A stretch of 32,000 bases of DNA from Wallemia ichthyophaga EXF-994 (lineage: Eukaryota; Fungi; Basidiomycota). Location: assembly GCF_000400465.1 (NCBI RefSeq), contig NW_008806287.1, positions 240,001 to 272,000 on the forward strand. Direction: 5' to 3'. Both the position numbers and the translations under genes were made by a program. Of the stretch, positions 1 through 10,402 are shown one piece after another. Numbering within the stretch: the stretch's first letter is position 1; each line of letters begins with the position of its first letter. Below the pieces are notes generated by a model that saw only the letters and a list, made by a program, of their open reading frames with translations, was not told the origin of the DNA and did no database searches.

Positions 1-146
1 TACGCATACACACCGATTCGTAGGGATTGCTGGGAATCTGAGTGGATATTCCTAGTGTTCCTGATAGCTGGAATACGTCTAATCCTCGTAACACCTCTAA
101 TGCCTGTACTATACCCAATACACATGGTTGTTCATCCCATACGGCC

Positions 147-2197
147 ATGTCCACAGCCACGACGTCAGCCAACACACATCCCACCACCCACGCCATATCC
201 ACTGTCCTCGGTACAGAATCATACAAATCAATTAACTCCTCCAAAATCCTCATCGTCGGCGCTGGTGGAATTGGCTGTGAGCTACTGAAGAACGTTATCC
301 TATCTGGCTTCACAGACGTGCACATCATCGACCTCGACTCGATTGACCTCTCTAATCTCAACCGCCAATTCCTCTTCCAAGCGCGGCACATCAAGCGTAG
401 CAAAGCGGTCGTAGCCAAAGAAACAGCGAGCACGTTCAACCCAAATGCGCTTATAACACCCCACCAAGCCAACGTCAAGGAGACTCATTACAACGTCTCC
501 TGGTTCGCCCAATTCGACGTGGTCCTCGGCGCACTCGACAACCTCGACGCGCGCCGTCACGTCAACAAGATGTGCCTAGCTGCAGACACGCCTCTTATCG
601 AGAGTGGAACCACGGGATACTCAGGTAACGTCCAGGTCATCATCAAGGATAAGTTTGAATGCTACGATTGTCAGGTGAAGCCAACTCCCAAGACTTACCC
701 GGTGTGCACCATCAGAAGCACCCCTTCTGCTCCCATTCACACTATCGTATGGTCTAAATCCTACTTACTACCGTTAGTTTTGATTTTCTCTTGCATTATC
801 CTAACCTTTCTCACAATCCTCCCAGACACGTCTTTGGCGAGGCTGAGGATGAGGGTGAGCTTGACCGCGCTGAACTCGACGGTGAGAATGGTGACGAAAT
901 CAAAACGCTCAGGGAGGAGCAAGGCTCGTTCAACAAGATACGCGAGGCTGTCAAGAGTGATGGTGGGCCGCGTGTCTTATTTGACAAGATTTTCAACCGC
1001 GATGTCAGACGATTGTTGCAGATGGAGGATATGTGGAAGACGCGTACTCCGCCCACCCCTCTCGAGTTTGACGAAGCGAGTACGTCTACAGCGCACCCCA
1101 CATCTTCTGGCGCCAGTAAGGGTGAGGGTGACAGCGCTACTGAGAATACCGCCGAGAGTGCCATCGCAGACCAGCGCAAACTCACTCTTGCAGACAACGT
1201 TGGTCTCTTCCTCGACGCTACTGCCCGTCTCGCCCAGCGCTCTTCTAACACGACCCACCCGATCGAATTCGACAAGGACGACCGCGACACGCTCGAATTC
1301 GTCGCAGCTGCTTCTAACCTCCGTTCAATAGTCTATGGCATACCCACCAAGACGCTCTTTGAAGTGAAGGAGATGGCGGGAAACATTATCCCTGCGATAG
1401 CCACCACGAATGCAATTATAGCTGGAGTGCAGACGATGAAAGCGATCAATGTGCTCACGAGGCAGATGGAGCTGTGCAAACCGAGTGTTTATCTCGGCTC
1501 GCAGTTGATAGCAGCTCCGTTCGAGACACCTAATGCAGGATGCACAACTTGTCGCGATGTCTACCTCACCCTGCCAGTGAAGGCGGAGGAGGTGCGTCTG
1601 AGCGAGTTTATAGATGCTCTCAGGAGTAGAGTGGCCGTGTACGCTGATCCATCGCGCGAACTTGCCGTGTTTGAGAGAGAACGTCTCCTCTATGATCCAG
1701 ATTTCGACGAAAATCTAGACAAAACCCTCATGCAGCTGGGATGCGGCGAGAATACATTCATCACTCTCGTTGATGAGGATGGCGAGGTGGAAAATGTTAC
1801 CGTCGTTCTCGCTATGCCTGGGGAGGAGAAGATTGCCCTTCCTCACTCTGACTCTATCAAACAGCCTGCAAAGAAGGAGAAGAAACTCGCTCCTGTCGCT
1901 GAAAACTCACGCAAGAGAGGCCGTGATGATGATGCAAACGATGACAGTACTAATACACAAACTTACACTGAAAATGCTCAGGGCGTCGTTAGCATCGTTG
2001 ATAGCAGCGACGACGAAGGCCCACCGCCAGCAAAGAAAATGCACACCGATGGACCAATTACGCTCGACGACAGTGATGATGAGGGTGCTGAAAAAGGTGC
2101 TGAAAAAGATATCAATCACGCTGCTAACCACACCGACAACCATACTGCCAATCAATCTCCCCCTTCAAACGACAAAGTCATCAGTTTAGACGACTAA
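147..2197 (+). CDS. UBA2: SUMO E1-activating enzyme subunit 2 (Uba2/SAE2); 2 exons, intron 773-825
   Basis: Has the nucleotide-binding motif [32 protein letters not shown], the catalytic Cys in PVCTIRSTP, Zn pairs CYDC and CTTC, and [18 protein letters not shown] 53-nt GTTAGT...CTAAC...CCCAG intron joins the 42..1331 and 791..2197 ORFs in frame (SYLLP|HVFGE). The ATG at 147 is preferred over the GTG at 42. Confidence 0.95.
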
Positions 2198-2286
2198 AAA
2201 GAATCACGCTAATGCATTCTCTCTCAATCTTATTCTCACCTACCCATTCATATCACTCTGTATAATACATAAACATTGCAACTCCA

Positions 2287-3822
2287 TTAGACCTCTTTGT
2301 ACATCTGTGGAAATGTCAGCAAACAGCAATAATTATAATCCAACCACACACCTTAATAGTCTTATCAGCACACCCAGTGATCAACCTCGATCCCGTCTGG
2401 TCGAACGTCGAGCAGAAGATGCCGGCTTCAGCGTCCAATGAACCGGGTTGAGGAATGTCTGACATGGACTGGAACGGCAGACCTGTTTTGTAATCCCAGA
2501 AGGTCATACTACCGTTATCAGCACCAGAAAAGAGTACTCCATCAGGATTAACAGCCAGACTATTTATAATAGAATCGTGACCGCTGAAATTATGCACAAA
2601 CTGCCCCTCCGGACATTTCCACTTTTTGATATTATTTCCACCAGCGCTGCCACTAGCGAAGGAGTATTCAGTTGGGTGAACAGCCAAGCTACGTACGCTT
2701 TTCTTGTGATGAGTGAGTGTAGTCATAGCCTTACCTGCAGCGAGATCCCACAATTTCACCGTGGAGTCCATAGAGCCGGTGATTATTTGCGGGTCACTAT
2801 CCTGAGTGGCGACGCAGCCTACTGTGCCTTTATGACCAGCCAGGACGTGTACGGGAGCCTTAGTGCGCATATCCCACACACGCGCTACACTATCGCGACC
2901 GGAAGTGACGAGGAGATCTAGAGTAGGGTGAACAGCCATGCTATAAACACCCGAGAGATGACCGTGGTAGTGTCGTATCACCTTATTAGCTTCGAGATCC
3001 CAGCATTTCACCAATTTGTCCTCCCCGCACGAGAAGAGGTACGGGTGGCGGTTGGAAATGGCCAAACCGCGCACTGTGGATATGTGACCTGTTAAAGATA
3101 ACTTCAACTCGCCGCTGGCCATGTCCCAGATCTTTATCACTCGGTCTCCGGCGCCAGTCGCAAACCAGTTGTTGTCGGGCTCGACTGCTGCACAGCGCAC
3201 CCAACCTAGATGACCCGAAATGACACGCATAAGCTTCCATTGTGGGTGGTAATCTGGTTTCGCTTGCGTTTGCGTTTTGAGGTTTATCAGCTGCTGGCTG
3301 AGCCTGGTGGTAGACGCGCTGGTGGATGGTGCACTCATACTTGCACTCTCACTCCCACTTCTAACCCCACTCGCGCCCTTGGGGAAGGACTTGTGCAGGA
3401 TGAGTGAATCGTGGGCGTCCTGCTGCGTGCTTCCTTCAATGGCTCTCTGCGTCGGTTGCGATACTGGGAAGTGTGAGCATAATCGCTATAGAATCTACCT
3501 CTACTCACCCTCGCCCGCTTCTGCCCCGTCTGCCTTGCGCGTCTTCTTGCCTCGTGGTCCCGCCTGGGCAGCGAGTGAAGGCGGGAGATTCTGAGCGGCA
3601 GTGTATTCGTCCGCTATCTTCGAAGCAAGCTTTGCTTTATTTCTGTGACGTTGGCATTGTTTAGCGAGCGTAATGGAGAGTGCGCAGAACCCACCCAGCC
3701 TCATTGACCCCAGTCTCCGCGCTCAAGTCTAAATCTAAATCTGCATAGAACAGCTCCCTGCCTCTCTTGAGATTCTTATTTATTAGTTCGTTTAGTGATG
3801 GTAGCTGGCTGCTGGCTGCCAT
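2287..3822 (-). CDS. PRP46: Spliceosomal WD40 protein Prp46/PLRG1; 4 exons
   Basis: [27 protein letters not shown], seven WD repeats and [13 protein letters not shown]. The N-terminus [28 protein letters not shown] was rebuilt from ATG 3822 across two introns (GTGGGT...CACAG, GTGAGT...CCCAG). A last intron at 2305-2351 gives the terminal exon MYKEV*. Confidence 0.93.
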
Positions 3823-3912
3823 GGTGGTTCTACGATAACAAGCACAATTAAGATACTCAAATGCATATTGTATGATATTCTATTACATTATACTCTATTC
3901 TATTACAATACA

Positions 3913-5417
3913 TCACGTCTGCTCACTCACAACCGCCCTCTTCTTCTCAGACTTTGGCTTCGCCTGTCCAGCTTTGGTGTGCGTGCGTATATTCTCCTCT
4001 TTAGCTCTTTGCGCATCCACCATAGTCTTCTTAGCTGACGACGCGTTCCTAATAGCCTTTGGTGTGTTTCTTCTGCGCTCCACCTTGCGAACTTCACCCA
4101 CACCACCCCATCTCTGCCTAAGGCTATCTCTATAGTTCATCTTATCACGCTCACGACCATCAATCTGACCAATCTTATCACTTGCTCTCGACTTCCACAT
4201 CCTAAGATTACCATCATCTGAGCCAGTGAGAATGTACTTGCTATCCAGACTGAATTGAACATTCATCAGTCTCTGCATACGCTTAGTGTGGTAGCAATCG
4301 CTCGATCTACCGTGATTCTTGTCGAATACTCTAACAGTGCGGTCCCAGCCACCACTAGCGATCTGTTGGCCGGTTGGAGACCAGTCACACGTAGTAACAG
4401 CAGCTACGTGGTCTTTGTATATCTGTAGCGCACCATTGCCAAGATTGCGTATATCCCATGTGTAAAGATTGTGGTCTTCACCCGCTGTGAGGAGGAGCGT
4501 TGGGAGGATTGGGTTGAAAGACAAGTCATTCATCTTGAAAGGAGTCATAATACGACCTATACTACCACCGTTGACACGCGTATCCCATAAAGACACACTT
4601 CTATCACTACCTGCAGCAGCCATGATGGAATGCTCGGTGGGGGAGAATTTGAGAGCAGAAATGTTATCGTGACCCCATTTATAGGTCTCAATTGGTTCAG
4701 TGCGTGCCTCTTCCCAGAGCTGAATTGCGTTAGATGCAGTTGCGAATGTTGGATGTAAGCGATTGTGAGTGATTGAGCTGTGAGGGAGGTGTTAGTGGGC
4801 ATGAGAATGTATAAATCAATCCAAAGAGGCTCACTTGATACCAGCATTAGCTGACCAAACTCTTAACGGTTTTTGTGAGTGTTTCTCAGCGACATCTTCA
4901 TCAATAAAACCGGCGTTATCACCAGCGTCAGTGGAGTAGTTAGCGTCCCACATCTTGACAGACTTATCAACGCCTGCACTAAGTAATCTGGAGTCGCCGC
5001 GATTAGACTTAGCTGTATGTGAAAAAGTTAAGGAGGAAACAATGCCATGATGAGCGTTTGGGATGTTGAGTAGAGGTTGACGAGTGGGTATATCATGTAC
5101 AGCGACTTCACCTAAAGCGCCTGAAGTGGCAACAACGCCCAACCTAGAGCTATCCCTAGCCATGCCGTAAACACCATCACCGCACTCAATTGAACCGATA
5201 AAAGGTTTGGCGAACATTCTATCCATTTTAGAGGCAACAACGGCTCTAGTGTATTCTCTTTGTTTAGAGAAATTGTGTAAGTTTGGATTAGGATTACGAG
5301 AAGGAGGCTTCTGATCGGATGGATGGGAGTCACTGTGTGTTCTAGTGATTGCTTTTATTTTCTATTGGGATTTGAATTAGAGTTTAAATTTTAAAATATA
5401 ACAATTCAACAAACCAT
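3913..5417 (-). CDS. SOF1: U3 snoRNP / SSU processome WD40 protein Sof1 (DCAF13); 3 exons, first exon is ATG only
   Basis: The spliced product reads M|KIKAITR...REYTRAVVASKMDRMFAKPF...YKDHVAAVTTCDWSPTG...CYHTKRMQR...TGSDDGNLRMWK, which are Sof1 signatures. Intron 5362-5414 follows the ATG directly. A second intron (GTGAGC...CACAG) lies near 4780-4833. Confidence 0.94.
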
Positions 5418-5453
5418 TTCAATTTTACTTGATAGTACTTAGCAACGATTAGG

Positions 5454-7240
5454 ATGCTTGTAAATTATAGTTCAGATGAGGATAATAATAGTAAACCCTT
5501 GAATTCAACTGAAATTCAATCTGCCCCTCAAGTACATACCGCTGCTGCCGTAAGTGGATCGTTAGTTGTATTCGCTGAACCCGCTTAATCACAATCCCAG
5601 GATGAACAAGCTCAAGCACTCATGATGAGACCAACTGATGATCAAATGATGGTTAACGTCCCTTACGATCATTTGAATAAATCCTTAGCAGGTCCTCAAG
5701 ATCCCTTCAGAGATAAGAACAATAGACCTTTTCAAAACCTACTAAACGCACACGTTGAAGAGCACACCATGAATGATCATGACTTTATCTCCCTCCAACG
5801 CCAACACGAAGGCATCACTCGTCCTGACAAGAAACAGAGACAATCCTTTCCAAGAGAAGACAAAGGTGATTTAGAAGACGTTGACGGCGATAACGCTTAT
5901 AAAGGTCCTTGGGCTGAATGGAAGGATGTTCGTAAACCCGATGAGATTGATGCTCCCTACGAAGAAGACGTCGAAAATTGGGAAATTCAACGCGACAACT
6001 GGCTCAACGACGCCAACAAAAGCAAAGCTAGCAAAACTCTACTCGCTCAAGGTGGTGAAAAGTCAATCTTCCACGGCAGCCAAACACGCGATTATCAAGG
6101 ACGCACTTATATGCATATACCGACTGATGTCGACGTCAACCTCTACGGTGAGGAGGGTACCCAGACTAACTTCCTACCAAAAGCTTGTATACATACATGG
6201 GCCGGTCACACTAAGGGTGTCTCCAGAATCAAGCTTTTCCCCGGTTCTGGTCACCTCCTTCTATCTGCATCGATGGATAACAAGGTTAAAGTGGGTTATA
6301 CACTCTGCTGAACTCACTCCAACTCACCTACCTCTTCACAGCTATGGGATGTTTACAACGAGGGTAAATGTCTCAGAACTTTCATGGGCCATTACAGAGC
6401 CGTAAAGGATATTTCCTTCAACAATGATGGTACACGCTTCTTGTCTGCTTCGTATGATAAACAAATCAAACTCTGGGATACAGAAACTGGTCAGTGTCTT
6501 AGTGCTTTCTCAAACAACAAAAGCCCTCAGTGCATTACTTTCAACCCGGATGCAGACAAGCAGGATACTTTCCTAGCTGGTATGCAAGACAGAAAGATTA
6601 TACAAGTTGATCTTCGCTCGAATGAGATTACGCAGGAGTATGACCAACATTTAGGTCCAGTTGTGAGTATTTATCGTGTTAGCCAAGAAAGAATATCTAA
6701 GTTCACACTCACAGAACACACTAACTTTCGTTGATGATAATCGACGTTTCGTTACAACATCTGACGACAAAACTATGAGAGCGTGGGATTACGATATACC
6801 CGTTGTCATTAAATACATTGCCGAGCCCGATATGCACAGTATGCCAGCTGTCGGTTTGCACCCGACGAAAAAGTTCCTGGCTGCTCAATCACTCGACAAT
6901 CAGATATTGATATGGGCAGCAGACACATTCAAGCAGAATCGCAGGAAGAGATTTGCAGGTCATTCAATATCTGGATACGCCTGTCAATTAGGTTTCAGTC
7001 CTGATGGTAGGTATATCAGCAGCGGAGATGGGGCTGGTAACATAGTGTTCTGGGATTGGAAAACGAGTCGTCTGATGAAGAAGCTCAAGGCACACGATAG
7101 ATGTGTGATTGACCATGCGTGGCTTCCTCATGAGACCTCCAAAGTCGTTACAGCTAGTTGGGATGGATCGATCAAACTCTGGGTGCGTGTGGAGTGTGGA
7201 GTAGCATGTGTGGAGCATACTAACAAATACACAGGATTAA
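5454..7240 (+). CDS. PRP17: Pre-mRNA splicing factor Prp17/Cdc40 (WD40); 5 exons
   Basis: [10 protein letters not shown] start, [70 protein letters not shown]. Introns at 5550-5600, 6291-6341, 6663-6714 and 7183-7234 all keep the frame. Confidence 0.95.
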
Positions 7241-7420
7241 CACTATTCATCCCCACATTATTATGTATTATACGCCATATTAATATTGTTATCGTCAAAT
7301 ATTGTTAAATTGCTACTCCTCACCGACGCACAGCCTTCTTGGACACTGCACTTCGCGAGGGCGGCCAGCAGCGAGCAGCGAAGAGTGACGCTGGCGTTGA
7401 GAAGAAGAAATAACCAATAA

Positions 7421-8774
7421 ATGCATAGAGAAACCCACTATATGCAATATACGCCATATACAGACGCAAAAGGAGATATGCTCGCCACATCGATAACAGC
7501 GCACGAGCCACAAGGCAAAACGGATGGAGCCACAGCGGCAATGGAAATACCTCGCACAAAAATCGCGACTGGCACATCCGGCACACCTCTCTCGCCGTTC
7601 TCTCGCTCGTTCGGCGTACTAGTGGACGACGTGTCCGGTTGCGCGTATGACAGCACAAATACAGACACAGCATGTGATTTGAGCTGCGAGGTAGTTTCGG
7701 AAGAGAGTCTGTCCATGTCAGTCGATGATAGTAACAGCAACAACAACAGCTACGCTCTCACTGATTACCTCCCGCGACTGGAAGAAGACTTCTGCAGAAA
7801 TTTTACATGCTGCGGTGTTTACCTGGATAATTTGCACCAGCTGCAGAACCATTACGAAGCCGAGCACAAGCAGGTGCAGCGGGGGAATGTGGATAAAGTC
7901 GAGCAGACCGACGAGGGGGGTGATGACATGAGCATGAGCAACATGAGCAACATGAGTAGCCGGAGCAGCACGAGCAGTGGTAACTCACAAGGCGCTGTCA
8001 GCACACCCGCCAGTTCAATACACAGCGATATACAGTCTCATAAGCTCAGATTGTCGCAGGCACATAGCCCACTCACAGCCAGCTCCAGCTCCAGCTCCAG
8101 CATCAGCATGCCTGGTACGCCGATGATGGATATGGAGATGGATTTCGGAGTCAGAGTCGCAGGTGCTGTCGACAACGCCTACTCACCTGCTGTGCCGAGG
8201 AGCTTCAGTGGGTGCATTACTCCGCACATGCTCCATCCAGCGGCTATGGCTAGGCAGCAGAGTCAGAGTCAGAGTCAGCATCAGCAGCTCCACCACCAGC
8301 AACCCTCTCATCCACACAAATCTGTACCCGTTAGCATGTCTAGCCCATTATCTGGGTTCTACGCTCAGCCTCCGCTTGCACCGCAGCCAAACGCGGGTCG
8401 CAGAGGTCCATTCGCTTCCCTCCAGCCGCAGCCCGCGCGCTCGACCACATCGACTGCTGCTAGTGTAAAAGGCTTGTCTAACCAGAGCAATATGAGCAAC
8501 ACCAACACACATATACCCTTCACAGCCGCAGTTCATCCCCCAGCAAATCCACAGGAGGAGAAGGACAGAGACAAGCCATACAAGTGTCCAATTCCGGTGG
8601 GTTAATGATATTAATTTTGTTGCGTAGAGCTCTTCTCATTCTTTGCAGGGCTGTAATAAGGCATACAAACAACAAAACGGTTTGAAATATCACAGATCTA
8701 AGGGTCAGTGCTCATTCCAGCAGCAGAAGCATAATCAGGCGCAAAGTCGCGAACATCAGCTTATTTTTTCGTGA
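7421..8774 (+). CDS. SFP1: Sfp1-like zinc-finger transcription factor; intron 8597-8648; start codon uncertain (several in-frame ATGs)
   Basis: The N-terminal LEEDFCRNFTCCGVYLDNLHQLQNHYEAEH block and the C-terminal KPYKCPIP|GCNKAYKQQNGLKYH finger are both characteristic of fungal Sfp1. Confidence 0.8.
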
Positions 8775-8890
8775 AATGGTCCTGAAGTGAAACACCAAAA
8801 AAACACACGACACACGATACATAACAAACAAAGAACACAAGACAAAAGTAAACCCGCGTAGTTTTGTATAAAGTATATATAAACGAGAAA

Positions 8891-10198
8891 TCATGATATA
8901 TCCCACAAAAACTCGTGCAACTTGACTCCGAAACTTTTGGCCAGATTCGACGCGACGTGGTATCCGATAGCGCACTTGAATGTCATTCCATCGAGTCTGT
9001 CAGACGGACATGTACGCTGAACCATTTTTATACGCGAAAGATGAGCGATATTCTGTAAAACATCTACCTGACCAAGCTCGTTATCGGTGAAGACTCTTGA
9101 ATCGTTTTTGAGGTTATTGAGTGAGTAAGTAGTGAGAGTAGATTCACTAACGAAATGCAACAATGAACCATATATATGCAACCATCTATCGAATGAAAAG
9201 TTCTTAGGACCTAGGAGATTTTGAGCAGGTTTTTTGTTCTGCTTAGATAATCCAATGTCACGTCGTCTAGGCCTGTACCTTTTTGCCCGCTTATCGCTAC
9301 TGATAGACAGCATCTGTATATCCTTCTTAGGTGGGTTATATGAGGCGAGATAAGATGCAATGAGAAGGAGTTGCGCACAGCGTGTGAGATCGGTAGGTAG
9401 TGAGGCTTGCAAGAGATCCATATGATCAGGAAGACTGCTGTTGATCGACTGTATCACACCTTTACTAATTTTGCTGAAAGTGAGTGTAAGATGGTCATTG
9501 TCTCTCATTGACGGTCTCGCACTGAGCTCTTTCCAAGGGTGTATAAAAGTAGGCCATGATTTATGCGTTATTTTGAGCAGTTCCTTGGGCTGAGTGTTGA
9601 GTGCAAGCGTTGAGCTCATGATGAAATTGCATAAAGCGAGATAAGAGTTGTGAAGATTTTCACCAATATGCACCGGACGGTTGAGAATGAGATAGTCTAA
9701 GATATCTTTGTGAGTAACTGAGGGTATATTTACGACGATAGGATCAGGAGAGAGACCATTGGTAGGACGAAGGGTTGTGTAAGGCTGGTTTGAAGTGAGG
9801 ATCAGAGTGAGTGGGGAGTTAATGATTTCAGGAAGACGTTGGAGTGCTATGAGAAGGTTGCCGTAGGATTTGAGTCTGTGAGCGTCAGAAATGACGATGA
9901 AGCGTTTGCTCGAGTCACCACCATTCAAGGTGGATAGACCATCGATCAGCCTCTCAATTGGATTGGTAGAATCTCCGTCAACGCCGAATGCCGACAAGAC
10001 GCGCTCAACGACTAAACGCGCGTTATAAGCCTCATTTGAATCAACGAAAGGTGTATTCCTCGGAAGCGCCTGTTTGAGAAAATCAAGGGTGAAATCCATG
10101 GATTGTATATCTTGAATGAACATTGATTGCGGTGAGGGTATGTCAGGGGATATAAATGTGCTCAATTTCCTTTGGATTGCGTTTTTATGAATTTCCAT
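8891..10198 (-). CDS. ORC5: Origin recognition complex subunit 5; apparently intronless
   Basis: LLIASYLASYNPPKKDI, LLGPKNFSFDRWLHIY and DRLDGMTFKCAIGY match the Orc5 C-terminal domain, and FIVISDAHRL is Walker-B-like. The first ATG is at 10198 (MEIHKN). The ORF track start at 10378 is a GTG. Confidence 0.88.
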   Translation of the reverse strand: MEIHKNAIQRKLSTFISPDIPSPQSMFIQDIQSMDFTLDFLKQALPRNTPFVDSNEAYNARLVVERVLSAFGVDGDSTNPIERLIDGLSTLNGGDSSKRFIVISDAHRLKSYGNLLIALQRLPEIINSPLTLILTSNQPYTTLRPTNGLSPDPIVVNIPSVTHKDILDYLILNRPVHIGENLHNSYLALCNFIMSSTLALNTQPKELLKITHKSWPTFIHPWKELSARPSMRDNDHLTLTFSKISKGVIQSINSSLPDHMDLLQASLPTDLTRCAQLLLIASYLASYNPPKKDIQMLSISSDKRAKRYRPRRRDIGLSKQNKKPAQNLLGPKNFSFDRWLHIYGSLLHFVSESTLTTYSLNNLKNDSRVFTDNELGQVDVLQNIAHLSRIKMVQRTCPSDRLDGMTFKCAIGYHVASNLAKSFGVKLHEFLWDIS

Positions 10199-10402
10199 AT
10201 TGAGAGTGTATAAACAAGGAGAGAGTGTGTGCGGGATTTGATAGTTGCCATTGTAATACACGTATAACACTATACACACTTCCACATCAGCCCTGCTATT
10301 CTCCCAAATTCGTTCAATTTTGCACGCCCCTCTACTCAACCAAGTAAAAGCGCGTCTCTCGTCTTGAATCACCGTCACAAGGAGGACAGAAAAACATAAA
10401 AG

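Noticed and set aside
42-146. GTG-initiated 35-codon N-terminal extension of UBA2 in the ORF track
   Set aside because: It has a non-ATG start and no similarity to Uba2. The ATG at 147 gives a normal N-terminus.
9121-9200. Intron-like GTGAGT...CTAAC pattern on the + strand within ORC5
   Set aside because: It is antisense to an uninterrupted conserved ORC5 frame, and no + strand gene needs it.
10345-10360. CGCG core (GCGCGT) between ORC5 and the Bqt4-like gene as a possible MCB cell-cycle box
   Set aside because: It is a single imperfect match (not ACGCGT), too short to support alone.
10199-10378. 60-codon open extension upstream of ORC5
   Set aside because: It starts at GTG, has no recognisable motif (and no Walker A), and occupies the divergent promoter shared with the Bqt4-like gene.
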